The translations under genes were made by a program, and so were the position numbers. From the NCBI GenBank assembly GCA_009103225.1, contig RHPI01000810.1, forward strand, positions 1,496,190 to 1,560,189: 64,000 nucleotides of DNA, read 5' to 3'. This document shows positions 16,618 to 29,163 of this stretch, in pieces (position 1 is the first letter of the stretch; the number at the start of each line of letters is the position of its first letter). The notes under the pieces were generated by a model. It was given only the letters and a program-made list of their open reading frames with translations. It did no database searches and had not been told where the DNA came from. This DNA is from Chlorokybus atmophyticus. Lineage: Eukaryota > Plantae > Mesostigma and Chlorokybus algae.

Positions 16618-17011
16618 NTCATTTTCTGCCACAAACTTAGCTGTTGGGACTCTTGTGCTGAGCACCAAGGCTCATGTGTGATTATGCCTTCAATATGCAA
16701 ATCCGCAGAAACCTTCATATGATCAGCTACATTCGGGCGACATTAAGTCGCCCGAGACCGATGTCACCAACCACGAGATAGAGGTTAATGACCGCAAGGC
16801 CAACGTCACCGATGGCAGGCTGAGAGCCACCCTAGCAGCCCCAGCAATGTTAGTACTCCCGATAGCAAACTCCCTCATCTCACCACGCAATACCTTCATA
16901 TAATTCGGTCGCATTACCCCTCCGAGAGTCTCATCATGACATGCTCAACAATAACATCACTATCTGTAAACTGCACAAGCTCGTTTGGTATGCAATTTGC
17001 ACAACATGTAC

Positions 17012-17280
17012 AAGCAGCAGAGGCATTTCCTTAGATAGTCCCTTCAGCTCACAAGCTACGGATGAAGTCTATAATCATTATAAGAATCCTAATCAATCAT
17101 AATCATGATGAGAATCCTGATCTTGAAGCAGCAGAGGCATTTTTTTGGGACAGTCCCTCCAGCTCACATGCTACAAATGAAGAAAGCTATAATGGGGATC
17201 CTGACTTTGAAGCAGCACAGGCATTCCCTCCAGACAGTCCCTCAAGCTCACACGCTACAAACGAACAAAGCTATAATGAA
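17012..17280 (+). repeat. Three ~81-bp coding-like tandem repeats (DPDFEAAQAFPPDSPSSSHATNEQSYN)
   Basis: gaagcagca(g/c)aggcatt...gacagtccc..agctcaca.gctac repeated at ~17012, 17125 and 17206; in frame in ORF 17062-17352. Confidence 0.75.
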
Positions 17281-18224
17281 GGTTGGAATTTCTTCAATAA
17301 ACACTTCAGCACGTACGGCACTCACCCTCTCTCCTCCAACAATGAGATATAATGTCGAGATGGCTTGCATCCTTCTATTGGATATGGGTTGTCGAAGCGG
17401 TTGAAGTGCAGCATCTACGAGCGGATATCTGAAGTTGCTAAGTCACAAGCTACTACCAGGCTATGACATACCTACCTATTATAATAGGTATGTTTTATAT
17501 AAATATTTACAGACAAAATACACGCCAAGTTGCAGCAGGTTGGACTACAGTTTCAGAAGATACACGCTTGCCCCAATACATGCCAAATATGCAGGGCCTC
17601 ATGCGAACGATGGACACTGCGAGTGCGGTGCCAAAAGGTATGTCCGTACTTTGTTCGTGCTTATACGTTGGCTTTGTAGTGTCCAATAATTTCCAATGCC
17701 TTTTTATGCGACAATTATATACAATTGCCATTCAGATACAAGAGCATATAATCCCGGTCCGGCCAGCGACTCGCAAAGAAGAAACTCAAGCTGTGAAAGT
17801 CTTTGATACTTTCCTTAAATACCCTGCCTACAAAGAGCTGCCTTCCGGTTCAAGGCATTTGCCAGCAACGTCACGTATAATGCCACTCATTGGTCTAAAG
17901 ATGGATGGAGGAAATCAATACAGTATTTCCCTATCCGGACCCTTCCTTAAGTTGAACACCCGGTCCTCAGAGAAGGTCTCAGACATCTTTTGCTAGCTTT
18001 CGTCATGTATGGCGTAAATCCCTTCAAAAAAGGTCTTGTCGCACAGAGCACTTATTCCGATTTGCCGCTCAGTGTGTTTAGTTGGAACCTACCGCCTTGA
18101 CTTGTGTTCAACAAGCATTTCATATGGACCGTTGGCATCATTTCAGGTAATGAAAGCGTGTCAGATAGTTTGTCATATTGGCTGCAACTGTATTCTACCA
18201 TACTGAGTGACATGTTTATATGTG

Positions 18225-19615
18225 TGTCGCTGGTCAAATGCCCTTGAAAACACTGCTGTGCACTAGCTGTTTATGCACACTCAGTTCTTATGCATGCCAA
18301 CTCATGCCAGATTAGTGCAGTACTGTAACAAACATTTATAGCTTTTTAACTTTTGCAAGATGATGCATGACTCAGCAGTATACAGTTATGTGACCTAATG
18401 GCCCGCATGCTATACTTGACTAACGGTGACCCGGGATAAGGTCTGACCCTAGCAGGTGCAAGACCCAGCAACATGTGGCGGTGCCATAACCAGGCGGACA
18501 CCACACACAGTGGATGGGGGCCAAGCTGTTCTGGCGCCCTGTCAAGTCCTGTCCATTTGGTCGTTAATGCTGCTGGTGGCTGGGTCCGGGGTCTAACTGG
18601 TGCTCGTCTACACACTGCAGGTGGTACACCTGCCATGACTACATACCACGCCTTGCTACCTCTCCGTTGGTCTTGAGGGTCTCTAGCGATTACCTCGGGT
18701 ACATATGCTTTTGCGGAGTTTTGCTTTATGCAACTCTCTTGTGTTTTATGTAATCAGCCCTGGACTCTGGTTGAGCCGTTGGTTTTTCCAGGAAGCTAAT
18801 GATCCCCTTGCTGGGACCGGCCTGGGGCAGGTCACCCAATGCCACTGCATTTCCGTTTGCATGCTTGATGTATGGCTGCCAGCATGCGCATGCTATAACC
18901 GGCCAAGTAGAGTTGTAGCGGTTGGGTGTGGTTTTAGCGTAGTGTTGAGTTTACAAGTTACCATCCCGCCATCCTACCCCGGCACCAATATGCCAAACCA
19001 GGACAACAGGAGTGAGCACAAAAAGCGCATCCTTCACGTGAACTACTGGAAGCTGCCAATGCTCGACAAAATATGATCCAAGGCTTTACGGTTTGCACCA
19101 ACATCTGTAGAGGATGCATTGCATGTGGTTGATTCTGTTCGTGTGATGTTTTCAACTACTGGTAGTAAAAGGTGTTATGTTGGACTAACGCAGAAGTCAG
19201 CATTTCACAGATGGAAACAACACGGACAAGCGGCAACGAGGAGGAAACCCACAGCGGTTCAAAAAGCCATGTTGTCTGTGGGTTTGCAGTGCAGGTCTAC
19301 TATCCCCGTTAAACATGTGCCGCCGTGCAAGAATGATAGAGTTAACATATTGTGGTACTGCAGGGCAAGGGGGAGAGAATGTGAGTGGATATAAATTCTA
19401 CGCTCTCACCAACCCATGGGCTACAATACAGAACACAAGGCTTGCAAGAGGTCACGCCCACCTCATAAACGTGCACATATGGCTGTGTGAGGGGGTGTAT
19501 CAACAGTTGGTCAAGCATATTTGGCAACTGGTTGGCGCATGCATCGCAATATGTTTTCCCAGCCGGCCGACTAAATATTGGCAACGGCCGTGCACCTGAG
19601 GACGCTAATTTAGAC
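18225..19615 (+). mobile_element. 5' part of a Penelope-like element (Naiad/Chlamys type): pseudo-LTR plus N-terminal GIY-YIG endonuclease
   Basis: 18225-18770 is a diverged direct repeat of 36639-37270. Translation at 19119-19460 gives VRVMFSTTGSKRCYVGLTQKSAFHRWKQH...ECEWI/KFYALTNP/GYN (GIY-YIG core with frameshifts). Confidence 0.7.
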
Positions 19616-19727
19616 TGTCGTGGCTCAGGCCACCTGTAATCTTGATACAGGGACCTAATAGTAACTTTCGTTACTGTAAGGCCCTTTTTGTTACAATGTA
19701 GTCTTTAACAGTTGACTTTGCCTAACT

Positions 19728-19990
19728 AACAGGCGCCTGTTAGTTGCCTAGTAGGCCTTAACAGGTGACTTTATAGAATAAACAGGCACCTGTTAGTCAC
19801 ACACCAGGCCTTAACAAATGACTTTGTGTGCGCGTAATTTACAGGCAACTGTTAGTTACACATCAGGCCTTGTTAGGTGACTACAACTAATCAACGGGCA
19901 CAAGTTACACATCAGTCTTACCTAGGTGACTCCGCCTATGTGACAGGCACCTGCAGGTTACACACCAGTCCAGCGCAGGCGACTAAGCCT
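19728..19990. repeat. Five ~55-bp subterminal tandem repeats (aCAGGCACCTGTTAGTtACACAcCAGgCcTt..aGGTGACT)
   Basis: Units at ~19728, 19781, 19840, 19892 and 19942; each has a short palindromic core, CAGGCaCCTG. Confidence 0.75.
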
Positions 19991-20364
19991 AATTCACAAG
20001 CACCAACTAGATAATTATCGACAAAATAAGGCATTCTTTAACAACTGAAGGTGACCAATGCCTAACTGTCGTTATATGTATTTGCATAGCTTGACTACAC
20101 GCGACTGTCACTGACTTCCAGCATTGTTATGCGCCTGTGCTGTGTACATGTACCTGAAATGTGTACAGTGTCTCTCAGTCACTTGCCAAGGCTTGTAGTT
20201 TGATTATGTGACTCGAATGCAGTTCTGTTGTATATCATAGGGATTCAAGTATTGATGTGCATGAGCATAATGACGATTGACTGAGCTGGTTTAAGATGCA
20301 CAACACTCAGTCACAAGAGCCTTGTAGCTATGTACACTACCAGCTAAACGGACTACCAACTGCG

Positions 20365-22192
20365 CTACAGCTCCTCTCCATCATCGCTGGTCTCGTCATT
20401 ACGGAACAAAGCACCACGCGCTGGGGCCTGTGGAGGAGACGCCGAAGCTTGCTCTTCCTCCTCAAACGGTTGTGCCAGCCAATTAAATGCCGCTTCTGCC
20501 TGAGCGAGCGGGTCATGAGCTGCTGTCTCTTGCGGCCGGCGCCGATTGGGATCTTTCATGTATTTGACACAAGATGCAGTGCGGCGTTTCACAAGGGTGA
20601 ATGGCTGGAGGGCTGCGTACCGTAGCCTCATCTCCCGCTTCATTGACATGATCATGGTGTTGATTTCGCTGAGGTACTCTTCATGTGTGTCTATGCTGGC
20701 AGCTAGGAGAGGGTCTCCATCTTTGCCCTTTAGGATGCGCTCCACCTGCGTAGTTTACAGGCATGTCTTAGTGGCATCGAAAGCCACTATTCACTGCAAC
20801 GCGTCTGCAAGCCTGTAGTTTGGGGCTACAGCGTTCCTGAATTGCTAATGATGGAGTTCAGAGTGCTCACCGTAAGCAACAGGTATGCGAGGTGGTTGAC
20901 TGTCAGCTGCCGGCGACCAGGTGTAGTGACGGCGTAAGACCAGCATTGCACGATCATTTGCCAGATTATGGGATTGCCCCATTCATGGATGTATCTCCTC
21001 CGCTCCGGGTCTGCAGTGTCGGTCACCTCAAATCTCCGCCATGACTTGTCTGCGACAGTCATACCGACAAGGCATTAGTCACGAAATAGATAGTTCAAGT
21101 TGAGCCTGCACCAGGCTAGAATAGTGCCTGTGACTTACTTTGGAGCGCGTTGCGCATCTGGGCTTTTTGGGTCTCGGGGTCCATTAGGGCGTCGATGTGC
21201 CTGATTGAATCGGTTACAATAGGCGAGATGAGTACGTGTGTATGGAGGCTGAGTAAGAAGGCAGTGTTGCATAGCAGACATGGTGGTGAGGGACCCAACT
21301 CACTTGCGCTTGTTGCTGTTAAACAGTGTCCACTTGTACTCCTTCTCAAGGACATGCTTGATCTTGGTGACGTTCTCAGACCGGACCTGCGTAGCTTTCT
21401 TCAGGGCGACACTCCAGTGGAAGGGGCACTCCTTGGGAGTCCAGTACACCTCATAGAACTTGGCCGCATCGGCCTCGTCGTCATGGTCGAAGCCAACTAC
21501 CTGTCACGGGCAGGTTGGTCAGTGTCACGGTGCAGTGCGGTCATGAAGCATTCACAGCACCTGACACATGACGTTACGAATAGTGTCCTCCTTGGGATAA
21601 ACGTGGCTCTCTACCCAGTGGCCGTTTATGATTTCAACGACGGCATCTCGCAAATGCTGTCCACAGAAGAACAATCCGTTACACACATACACACAGTGTC
21701 ACAGTGTCACACAGTGCTTACCTCGTTGCCAATCTTCCACTTGCTTGGGGAAGGGTTGCTGACGGCCGAGGTTGCCACGTCACGGCCAAATGCGTTTGGG
21801 TTGGGGGTTCCAATCGACCCTCTGCAAGCACAACCACATGAGTCATGCTGCCAGCCATGAAAGATGCAACCCTCACAGTTGCAAAAGAAGAACAACGTGC
21901 ACAGTGTATCCAGAACGCATGCAGTGAGTCACTGTGCTAGTCATGATAGAAGCAAGCATCCAAGTTAGAAGTTGAGCAAGAAGCAACGTGCACAGTGCAT
22001 CAAGAACGCATGCAGTCTAGCTTGCCCTTGCGACTGCGGTGTCAGGTGGAGTTGTTGTGATGTGCTGGGCGTTAGCGCGGGGTCTTGCTGCGATTGGTTG
22101 GCGACGGTTGCCTGGTTGAACACTGGGGGCAATGTGGACAACTGGCGCCGACCTCCACGACGAGGTGCACTTACGGATGGACCACGAGGCAT
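20365..22192 (-). CDS. Multi-exon (~7-8 exons) cargo gene of unknown function
   Basis: In-frame exons bounded by GT-AG: ..KWKIGNE|HLRDAVVEIINGHWVESHVYPKEDTIRNVMCQ|VVGFDHDDEADAAKFYEVYW...VLEKEYK|HIDALMDPE...|..WRRFEVTD...LLLT|..ERILKGKDG...DDGEEL*. Confidence 0.65.
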
Positions 22193-22725
22193 CTCTCCAA
22201 CTGATAGTCGGGTGCCGCCTGTTTAGCTGTAAGTGGCGCTGCCGCCTCCAACGCTGCCGCCGCCGGTTGGCCCGCCCGAATGTATGAGGCGCGAAAACGA
22301 AAATGAGGCGGTTTTGAACGTCTAGAGTCCCGCACTAGAGTCGCACTTGTAGTGCGTCCTTGCTCCTATGGTTGATGGTACGACTTATGCATTCGTGCCA
22401 TGCATGCTTCGTACAACCATTGTTACCAATGGTTGTGTCGTAACATTTATGGTACGACAGAGGCATCTCTCGTCCAACCCCAGCGATTGCCGTACAATGG
22501 CTCTGTCGTACCATCCATGGTACGACAGAGGCATTGCTCGATCAGCCCAAATGGGAGTTAGCATGCACTCACCCAAACACGCTTCATTGATGGCCGGATG
22601 ATGGCACGCAGGGGCACCAGGTCGATGACGGGTCGAATGTCAGGCTTGATGGGCCTGGGTTCGACTAGGAGGCGGAGGACCAGGAGTCGGAGGAGGCGGC
22701 GGCGGCGGCGGCGGCGTGGCACATC

Positions 22726-25700
22726 TTGCGAGAAGTTGTGGTCGTAAGAGTTCAAGCAGCGAAGCCAGCTACTACCGGTCGCCACGTCATGGATCATGGC
22801 AGGCGTCAGCAATGGGGCTGTCCAACATGCATCACCAACATTGGACAAACCAGCAGGCAAGCCATTAAAGACCATCTTCACACAGAGAGCTGCTTGGTGG
22901 CTCGCTTTCTGCAACAGGGAGTGGATCAGGAGCTGCAGTCCTTGGAGCCCCTTGTCAGAACCATGCGGGACCAGTTGCGGCTGTGGGAACAAGCACAAAG
23001 GAATGCAGAGGTACGCTCAACAGTCACATGCATTTCCTTGCAAGAGCAATTTGTTTTTTAGCGCAGTCCATGTGATATATGTAGCGTGGCTGCAGGCCTC
23101 CACTATTCACCCATACCCACCCTACAGTCAAGCCGACATTGCGGAAGCAAGAGCAGATAGACAGAGCTGGGCGGCGGTATGTTGTTGCCAATCTCGCTGT
23201 GCATGTTGACTGCAATGTCGGCTCCAATGCATGCCTACCTTTCCATGCTAGGATGTGCGTGAGCGTGCGAAGTCGCGCGCGCGTGCCGAACGAAGTAGGC
23301 TGGGTTTGAGCACAGGAGCGCGTGGCCATTCGTCCGGCATTCAACCAATAGTGCATCAACCAGCAATGACGCAGTCCATGCAATCATTCGTGCATCAACC
23401 AGCAATGCCGCAGGTGACTGTTCGAAGCAACCAACTGATGACGGTGTGACGCAGTTGACTATTGCAATTGCAGTGTCGCAAGCATGCAGCTAACCCACAT
23501 GTGATTGGTTGACAGCACCACAGTGCACTAAGTCCTGTTGGAGCTCCTATGCAAGCCTGGATTCAATCCCATCAACTGGTCCTTCAATCCCACTTGCTGA
23601 TGGGCGCGGCGGCAATGCGGCATCAGTTTAACATGCATGTTGGCCTGTTGAATCCCGACATGTCCATTGGGGCAGTGGCGCATGATGTGCCCATGGCTCA
23701 AGAGCTCCGTGACGAGTCTGCCATTGAGGGTGGCGGGGAGAGTGCAGCCAATACCACCTTGTCAGCCCCCATGGCTTCCCCTGCTCCATGCAGCCCACGG
23801 GCCATTGAGGTAAGTCGCTGTCTTTTATGCTCGTGCCTTGGTAACAATGCGTCAGGCACTGCATAAGCTTATATTCGTCCTTTGCAACATTGTGAGCCAT
23901 CTTATCCTGGGTCCTGTATACAGCCCCCCTTGCTGCATGCACAAGTGGTCTCACCTGCAGCTCCTGCTCCCCTCCCAGCCAGAGCGCAACCACCTTCCGC
24001 GGCACCAGTCCTTCGTGCACTGCCATCTCCTCCACGAGCAGCACCGGTGATTGCGGGGCAACAATCCTTCTTGCCGCCACCGGCGAGACCACAGCACAAT
24101 GCAACAACCGATGTGGCTTCTGCACCTACCTTACCCCACCCGCTGCAAGTTGAAGCCGGCAGTCTGCCCCAAACTCAGGTACTTTATCAGTCACTGTGAC
24201 TCTTGCCGTCCATAGTTGGGCACACCATGTGAGTGCTGTATGCGCATGCAGCAGGGGTCACCACCTGCCAGCGAGTCATCAGAGGAGCTGGCCGCAACCC
24301 GCCGGCCATCAGTCATGCTAGGTGGCCAGCTCGCCTCATGGGACCACTTCAATGCGCCAACGGATGGTAACTGCTTCTACCATTGTGTATTTCGCGCCAG
24401 GCCATCCATAGCGCAAAGTGTCCTGGATGATCACAAGTGCCCCAGCTCGAGCAGATTTTGGGCCATGCTAGACACCATGGACAACGACGGCAGGGGGCAC
24501 ACTCTCCGCAAAATCACCGCCAAGGCTGTCGATGCAGGCGTGGCGAGCAGAATCCTAGACGTCTGCAGGGCCACTGGTGCCGCGGGAGAGATGGCGCAGT
24601 ATTACGACAAACTGCCTGCGACCATGTTGGCTGATATCAACTGCAACATTGACCTAGCCATGGCCAAGGTGCGACAGATCGTGCAGAGAAAAGATGTGTC
24701 CGTCGAGCACCTGCAGATGACCATGTTTGCCAACAAGCTGGGCTTGTTGATTGGCTGCGTGACCGTTCAGCGCGAGCATGGGGAGTGGGTGCCACGGCCC
24801 GGCAGCGCAGTTTGGGTTGGAAATAAAGAAGCCCCCAACTCAGTCCTGGTGGTGGGCAACACTGCTCCTGATGAGCCAGAAGCACACTTTTGGCTCCTCA
24901 AGCCTGCAAGCATCGAACAGTGGTCGTGGCCTATGCATGAAGTGCCATCGGAGGTAACACACCTGATCGGAGAGTGGCGGCATGGCGTTGCCAATTCCCC
25001 GCTACCACCGGCTGTGACCCAGAGTGCTGCGCCAACTCAGGCCTCGCCTTCGTGTGCTAGGCAAGAAGTAGCCGAGTGTTCTGCACATCCTGCCTCCCCT
25101 CAACCACAGCCACATGCTCGCAATCCCAATTCAGCACCCTCCCTTCCTGCCGCGGAGACTCACTTGCCACCGCACTCTGACCATCCGGAGGCNTCTCCAT
25201 CAAGAAGCAGCTGTAGCTCGCCTTCGTGTGCTAGGCAAGAAGTAGCCGAGTGTTCTGCACATCTTGCCTCCCCTCGACCACAGCCACATGCTCGCAATCC
25301 CAATTCAGCACCCTCCCTTCCTGCCGCGGAGACTCACTTGCCACCGCACTCTGACCATCCGGAGGCATCTCCATCAAGAAGCAGCTGTAGCTCGCCCTCT
25401 CCCTCTAAGCTTGCCACATTGATCCCAGCCTGTCTTGTTGGTAAAGAGATTGATCGAGGTGTCCTGAAAGCTGCGCTGAAAGACAAAGGCTTCATGCTCG
25501 ACCTCATGAAGCAACATGAGGTCGTGGAGGAACGGGAGGCAACCAACAAGCGCAAGGCTGTGGAGCAAGAAGATAACGCCTTACCTCCTCTGAGTGACAG
25601 TGCCACGGAGAGCGCCTGCCAGGATGTGCAGGGTGACAAAAAAAAAAAGAAGAAGGTTGTTGGAACAAAGGACGCTGACAGGACCAAAAAAGGAAAGGTG

Positions 25701-26808
25701 AGGCATCGTTACAACATTAGAAGAAGCACAGCGCCTTGAAGCCTCACTGGGGCTGACTGTGTGTCCTGAGTAGGCACAGGCGGGTTTACAGCGTCAAGTG
25801 GCTGCTCAGCATCGTCCAGAGAGACAGCCGGTGCGGCACGAGCTGCCTAAGCTCAAAGCACCGACGCGCAGACGCTTTGGGGGGCTGACTCGTAGTGCAA
25901 AGGAGTTGATCACCCTACAGTACGCCCAAGACGCGCTGCATCACCGCATGCGGCATGCCTCGAGGTGGGTGACGAAAGTTTGCAATAAGTGGGAGCAAAC
26001 GCGGAGAATGCGGTCTAAACAGACCTCTGGGGATTGGCCGTGGTTGGAACCCATACACGATATGGCCATCCGTAGTACGTTGTTGCCCCTCGCCGTCCTC
26101 GATATGATGGTGTTGTTGCTGCCGCAGCACCCCGGCAATGTGCAAGAGCTATCTGCGGAGCAGAACTTCGACCTGCTGCAGCAGATGTACCTGTCGATGT
26201 CGACTAATGCGGGTCGAGATGTGTGCCACTACCTGAGCAAACATACTGGGTGGCAAGTAAAACCATTCGAGCTGTACTTGGCATGCTTTGGCTGGCAGTG
26301 GCTGTATGTCATACGGCACGTCGAGCTGATTCTGTGGAAGCTCGAAGAAAATGACGATGCGGGGGAGTACACGAGTGACGACAGCCATGTCGAGGGCCTG
26401 GATGAACGCATGCTGGACGAGACCACCAAGACCAGCAGGTGGTGTATGGCGGCAGATGGGCGTCAGGTGATCGAGCAGGCAGTGGAGCGTTATGCTGCGC
26501 CATTCAGATGGGAGTCGCTACGCCTGCGACGCGATAACAGAGTTTGGTGGCAGAGGCAGCTTGCACACCCGCGTGCACCATGTGTGCTGATTTGTCGCAT
26601 TGAAGAGCCACCCCCCCCAGCGGATGGGGAGACGCCCTGTTGCAAGAAAGCGATGTGCCATGTCTGCATCATAGCACATCAGAAGACTGTGGCAAATAAA
26701 TCAAAGAATCTACAAGCGTGTCCATTCTGCAAGCAACCTCACCCGTTTTGGTCGCCACGCCTGATGCAAGACGCCAACGTGTCGGCGGTGTTTTGGCCCC
26801 AGCCTTGA
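22726..26808 (+). CDS. Predicted spliced cargo gene: Zn-finger-like N-terminus, Pro-rich linker, OTU-type cysteine protease, C-terminal RING-like finger (5' end uncertain)
   Basis: CPTC...HLHTESC at ~22816. OTU motifs NAPTDGNCFYHCV (~24350) and AHFWLL (~24880). A phase-0 intron at 25698-25791 (GTGAGG...CTGAC...TTTACAG) joins ORF 24216-25739 to ORF 25798-26808, which ends CVLIC...TPCCKKAMCHVC...CPFCKQ. Confidence 0.65.
25043..25390 (+). repeat. Two tandem 174-bp (58-aa) near-identical units within the OTU gene
   Basis: ctcgccttcgtgtgctaggcaagaag starts at 25043 and 25217; there is an N at 25194. Confidence 0.85.
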
Positions 26809-27200
26809 TGCCAATTGTGCATGTATTGTAGTTTTGTGTTGGCTTCCTGTGAACCATGTGGGTACATGTATAGTTGCAGCATGGTGCATGGTGCACCAGA
26901 GATCTGCTGTTGTTAGAAGCATTGGCTGTACATGTGTATGATGACTGCCCGGCGCATGAGTCAGTGCATGGCTTGCATACCTCGCTGGTTTAAAGCGTGG
27001 TTGACAACAACAAACTCGGACAGCGCTCTGGGTTCCATGGCATGACATCACAGTATTACTCTACGATCGTGATAGTATGCGAGTATCCTTGTACTGTAGT
27101 ACCATTAACAGATAGAGTACCATTCATGTTGATGTAGTACCATGCATGGTACTGCAATAGCGTATAAGGTACAGTCGTGCTTCACTTGAAGTTTGACCCA

Positions 27201-27248
27201 TTTAGGGTTCGTAAGCTGGCAACCCTAAATTGATGCCCATACCCTAAA
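27201..27248. promoter_or_regulatory. Three TTTAGGG/CCCTAAA telomere-repeat (telo-box-like) motifs, two forming a 9-bp inverted repeat, upstream of the methyltransferase
   Basis: TTTAGGGTT at 27201-27209, AACCCTAAA at 27221-27229 and ACCCTAAA at 27241-27248; ATG at 27292. Confidence 0.55.
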
Positions 27249-27291
27249 GTCTCGCTCAGTTTGTGGGCAGCCGTGCCGATTCCTATTTTGC

Positions 27292-29020
27292 ATGATGTCG
27301 GCGGCAGCAGTTGAATCACCCTCACCTAGGAGACCATGCTTGGTGTGCCCACAATGCAATGCGTACGTATGTGCCAATGGCCGTAGGCAGCAAATGCGAG
27401 CACACTTGACCGAATGCCAGCGAGTGCAGACAGTGTGCCACGGTTTTAGTGCTGCTTGCTGGCATCACACCACACACAATGTCGACGTGTTTGGCTGCCG
27501 CCTCGGCCAAGTGCTGTGCAAGGAACCCGAGTTTTTCCATTGCGTGCAGTGCGTGTGCGAATCGTGCTCGCGCTCATGCTTCGAGTGGCGAGGGGAACCC
27601 ATGCGCTTCTTCACATGGACAACACCGGGACATGTGGTTAGTGGACAGGTGGTGGATGCTGTGGAGGTAATCCACAAGAGTGGACCGCGACGTATCACTG
27701 CATGTTATGTTGGGCGTATGCTTATTTCATGCATGTTGAAGCTGTTGTCGCATTCAGAGCAGTCTTGCACGGTGTGGGCGTGGGCAGTTCCATCCCCTGG
27801 CCGCTGTAGAGGAGGCAGACCATCGACCGTTGGACAGCGCACTGCATCGGCTGCGGAACGCAGTTAAGTTGGGATGCGAGCAGCTGATCGGTGTGAGTGT
27901 CATGGTGCATTGGCCGCTGGATGGGGAATGGTATGCGGGCGTTGTGGAATCATTCAAGCAAGCGTCAGGTCAGCATCGCTTCGTGGCGTGCGAGATTGAG
28001 GACGCATCATATATGCATGGTGCAATGGAAAATGTCTTTGCAGGGCAGCACCGTATAGTATTCGATGACGGTGATCGACCACAAACCATCAACTTCAAAG
28101 GGCACAACGTATTCGCGTACACATCAGTTGACGGGGCACGCCATGTTCTGCGCGCCGGAGGGGAGAACGTCAGTCGCAAAGTAAGCCCGGACGGCATCAT
28201 TGTTAGTCCCTGGCCAGCACCACGGCCAGCCTTGACCACATACACGCCATTTGACAACAAGCTGGGACGCACACGCAGACCAAGGGCACTCGACCTATTC
28301 TGCGGCGGTGGCGGTGCCAGTGTCGGTCTATACCACGCAGGCTTTGACGTGACCGGGATGGACATAAGTCCCTCCTCTGAGTACCCGCTGCCCTTCATAC
28401 ACCGCGATGTATGCACCCTGAGTGCAGGAGAGCTGAGCGAGTACGAGCTCATCTGGGCCAGTCCACCATGCCAGGCCTATTCAGGTGCTATCCCGGCACC
28501 TCAACGGGCGGCACATGGCACATCCTGGAGACACCAGGATATGATACCGCTCGTCCGACGTCTGCTGCTTGCAAGCCAGGTCAAGTTTGTGATTGAGAAT
28601 GTGCCAGGAGCAGCTTCCTCATTCAGACCCAATCTGTCCCTTTGTGGCACGATGTTTGGCCTATCAACTTTCCGACACCGTCTGTTTGAGACACAGCCAG
28701 TGGTAGCTACCCCACCAGCACGCTGCTCGCACGCGGGCAAGGCAGTTGGACTGCTATCGCCGCACCTGTCCGCTAGCGCGAAGAAGACAATCGTGACATC
28801 AAACGCGCCACAGCAGATGTACCCGGTCTATGGCCTTCCAAGCACCAGGGGCGGCATTGCTGCGTGGCAAACAGCGCTGGGAGTGCCATGGATGACCTCG
28901 GCCGTTTTCATAGCGAATGCAGTTCCTCCCGCAATGGCGGAGTGCATAGGGCGTCTCATGCTTGAAACAATGGATATGCGCTGTGACTACCCTCCTATGT
29001 CATTGAACTATGAGGCTTGA
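27292..29020 (+). CDS. Cys-rich Zn-finger + Tudor + C5 cytosine DNA methyltransferase (3 exons)
   Basis: Predicted introns ~27667-27759 and 27969-28043. Tudor-like LIGVSVMVHWPLDGEWYAGVVESFKQASG|QHRIVFDDGD. MTase motifs: I ALDLFCGGGG, IV IWASPPCQ, VI FVIENV, VIII FRHRLF, X IANAVPPAMAECIG. No internal stops. Confidence 0.9.
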
Positions 29021-29163
29021 GTGTGGTGCACTGTATTGATGCTTAATGCCACACGGCGGACTGATTGTTGAATGTTGCATGGATCATTCGATTGTGGTGA
29101 CAGTTGTGCAGTGACAGCTGCCCGGTATTGTACACGTCCACATGCAAAAGTCTTAGCATACGA

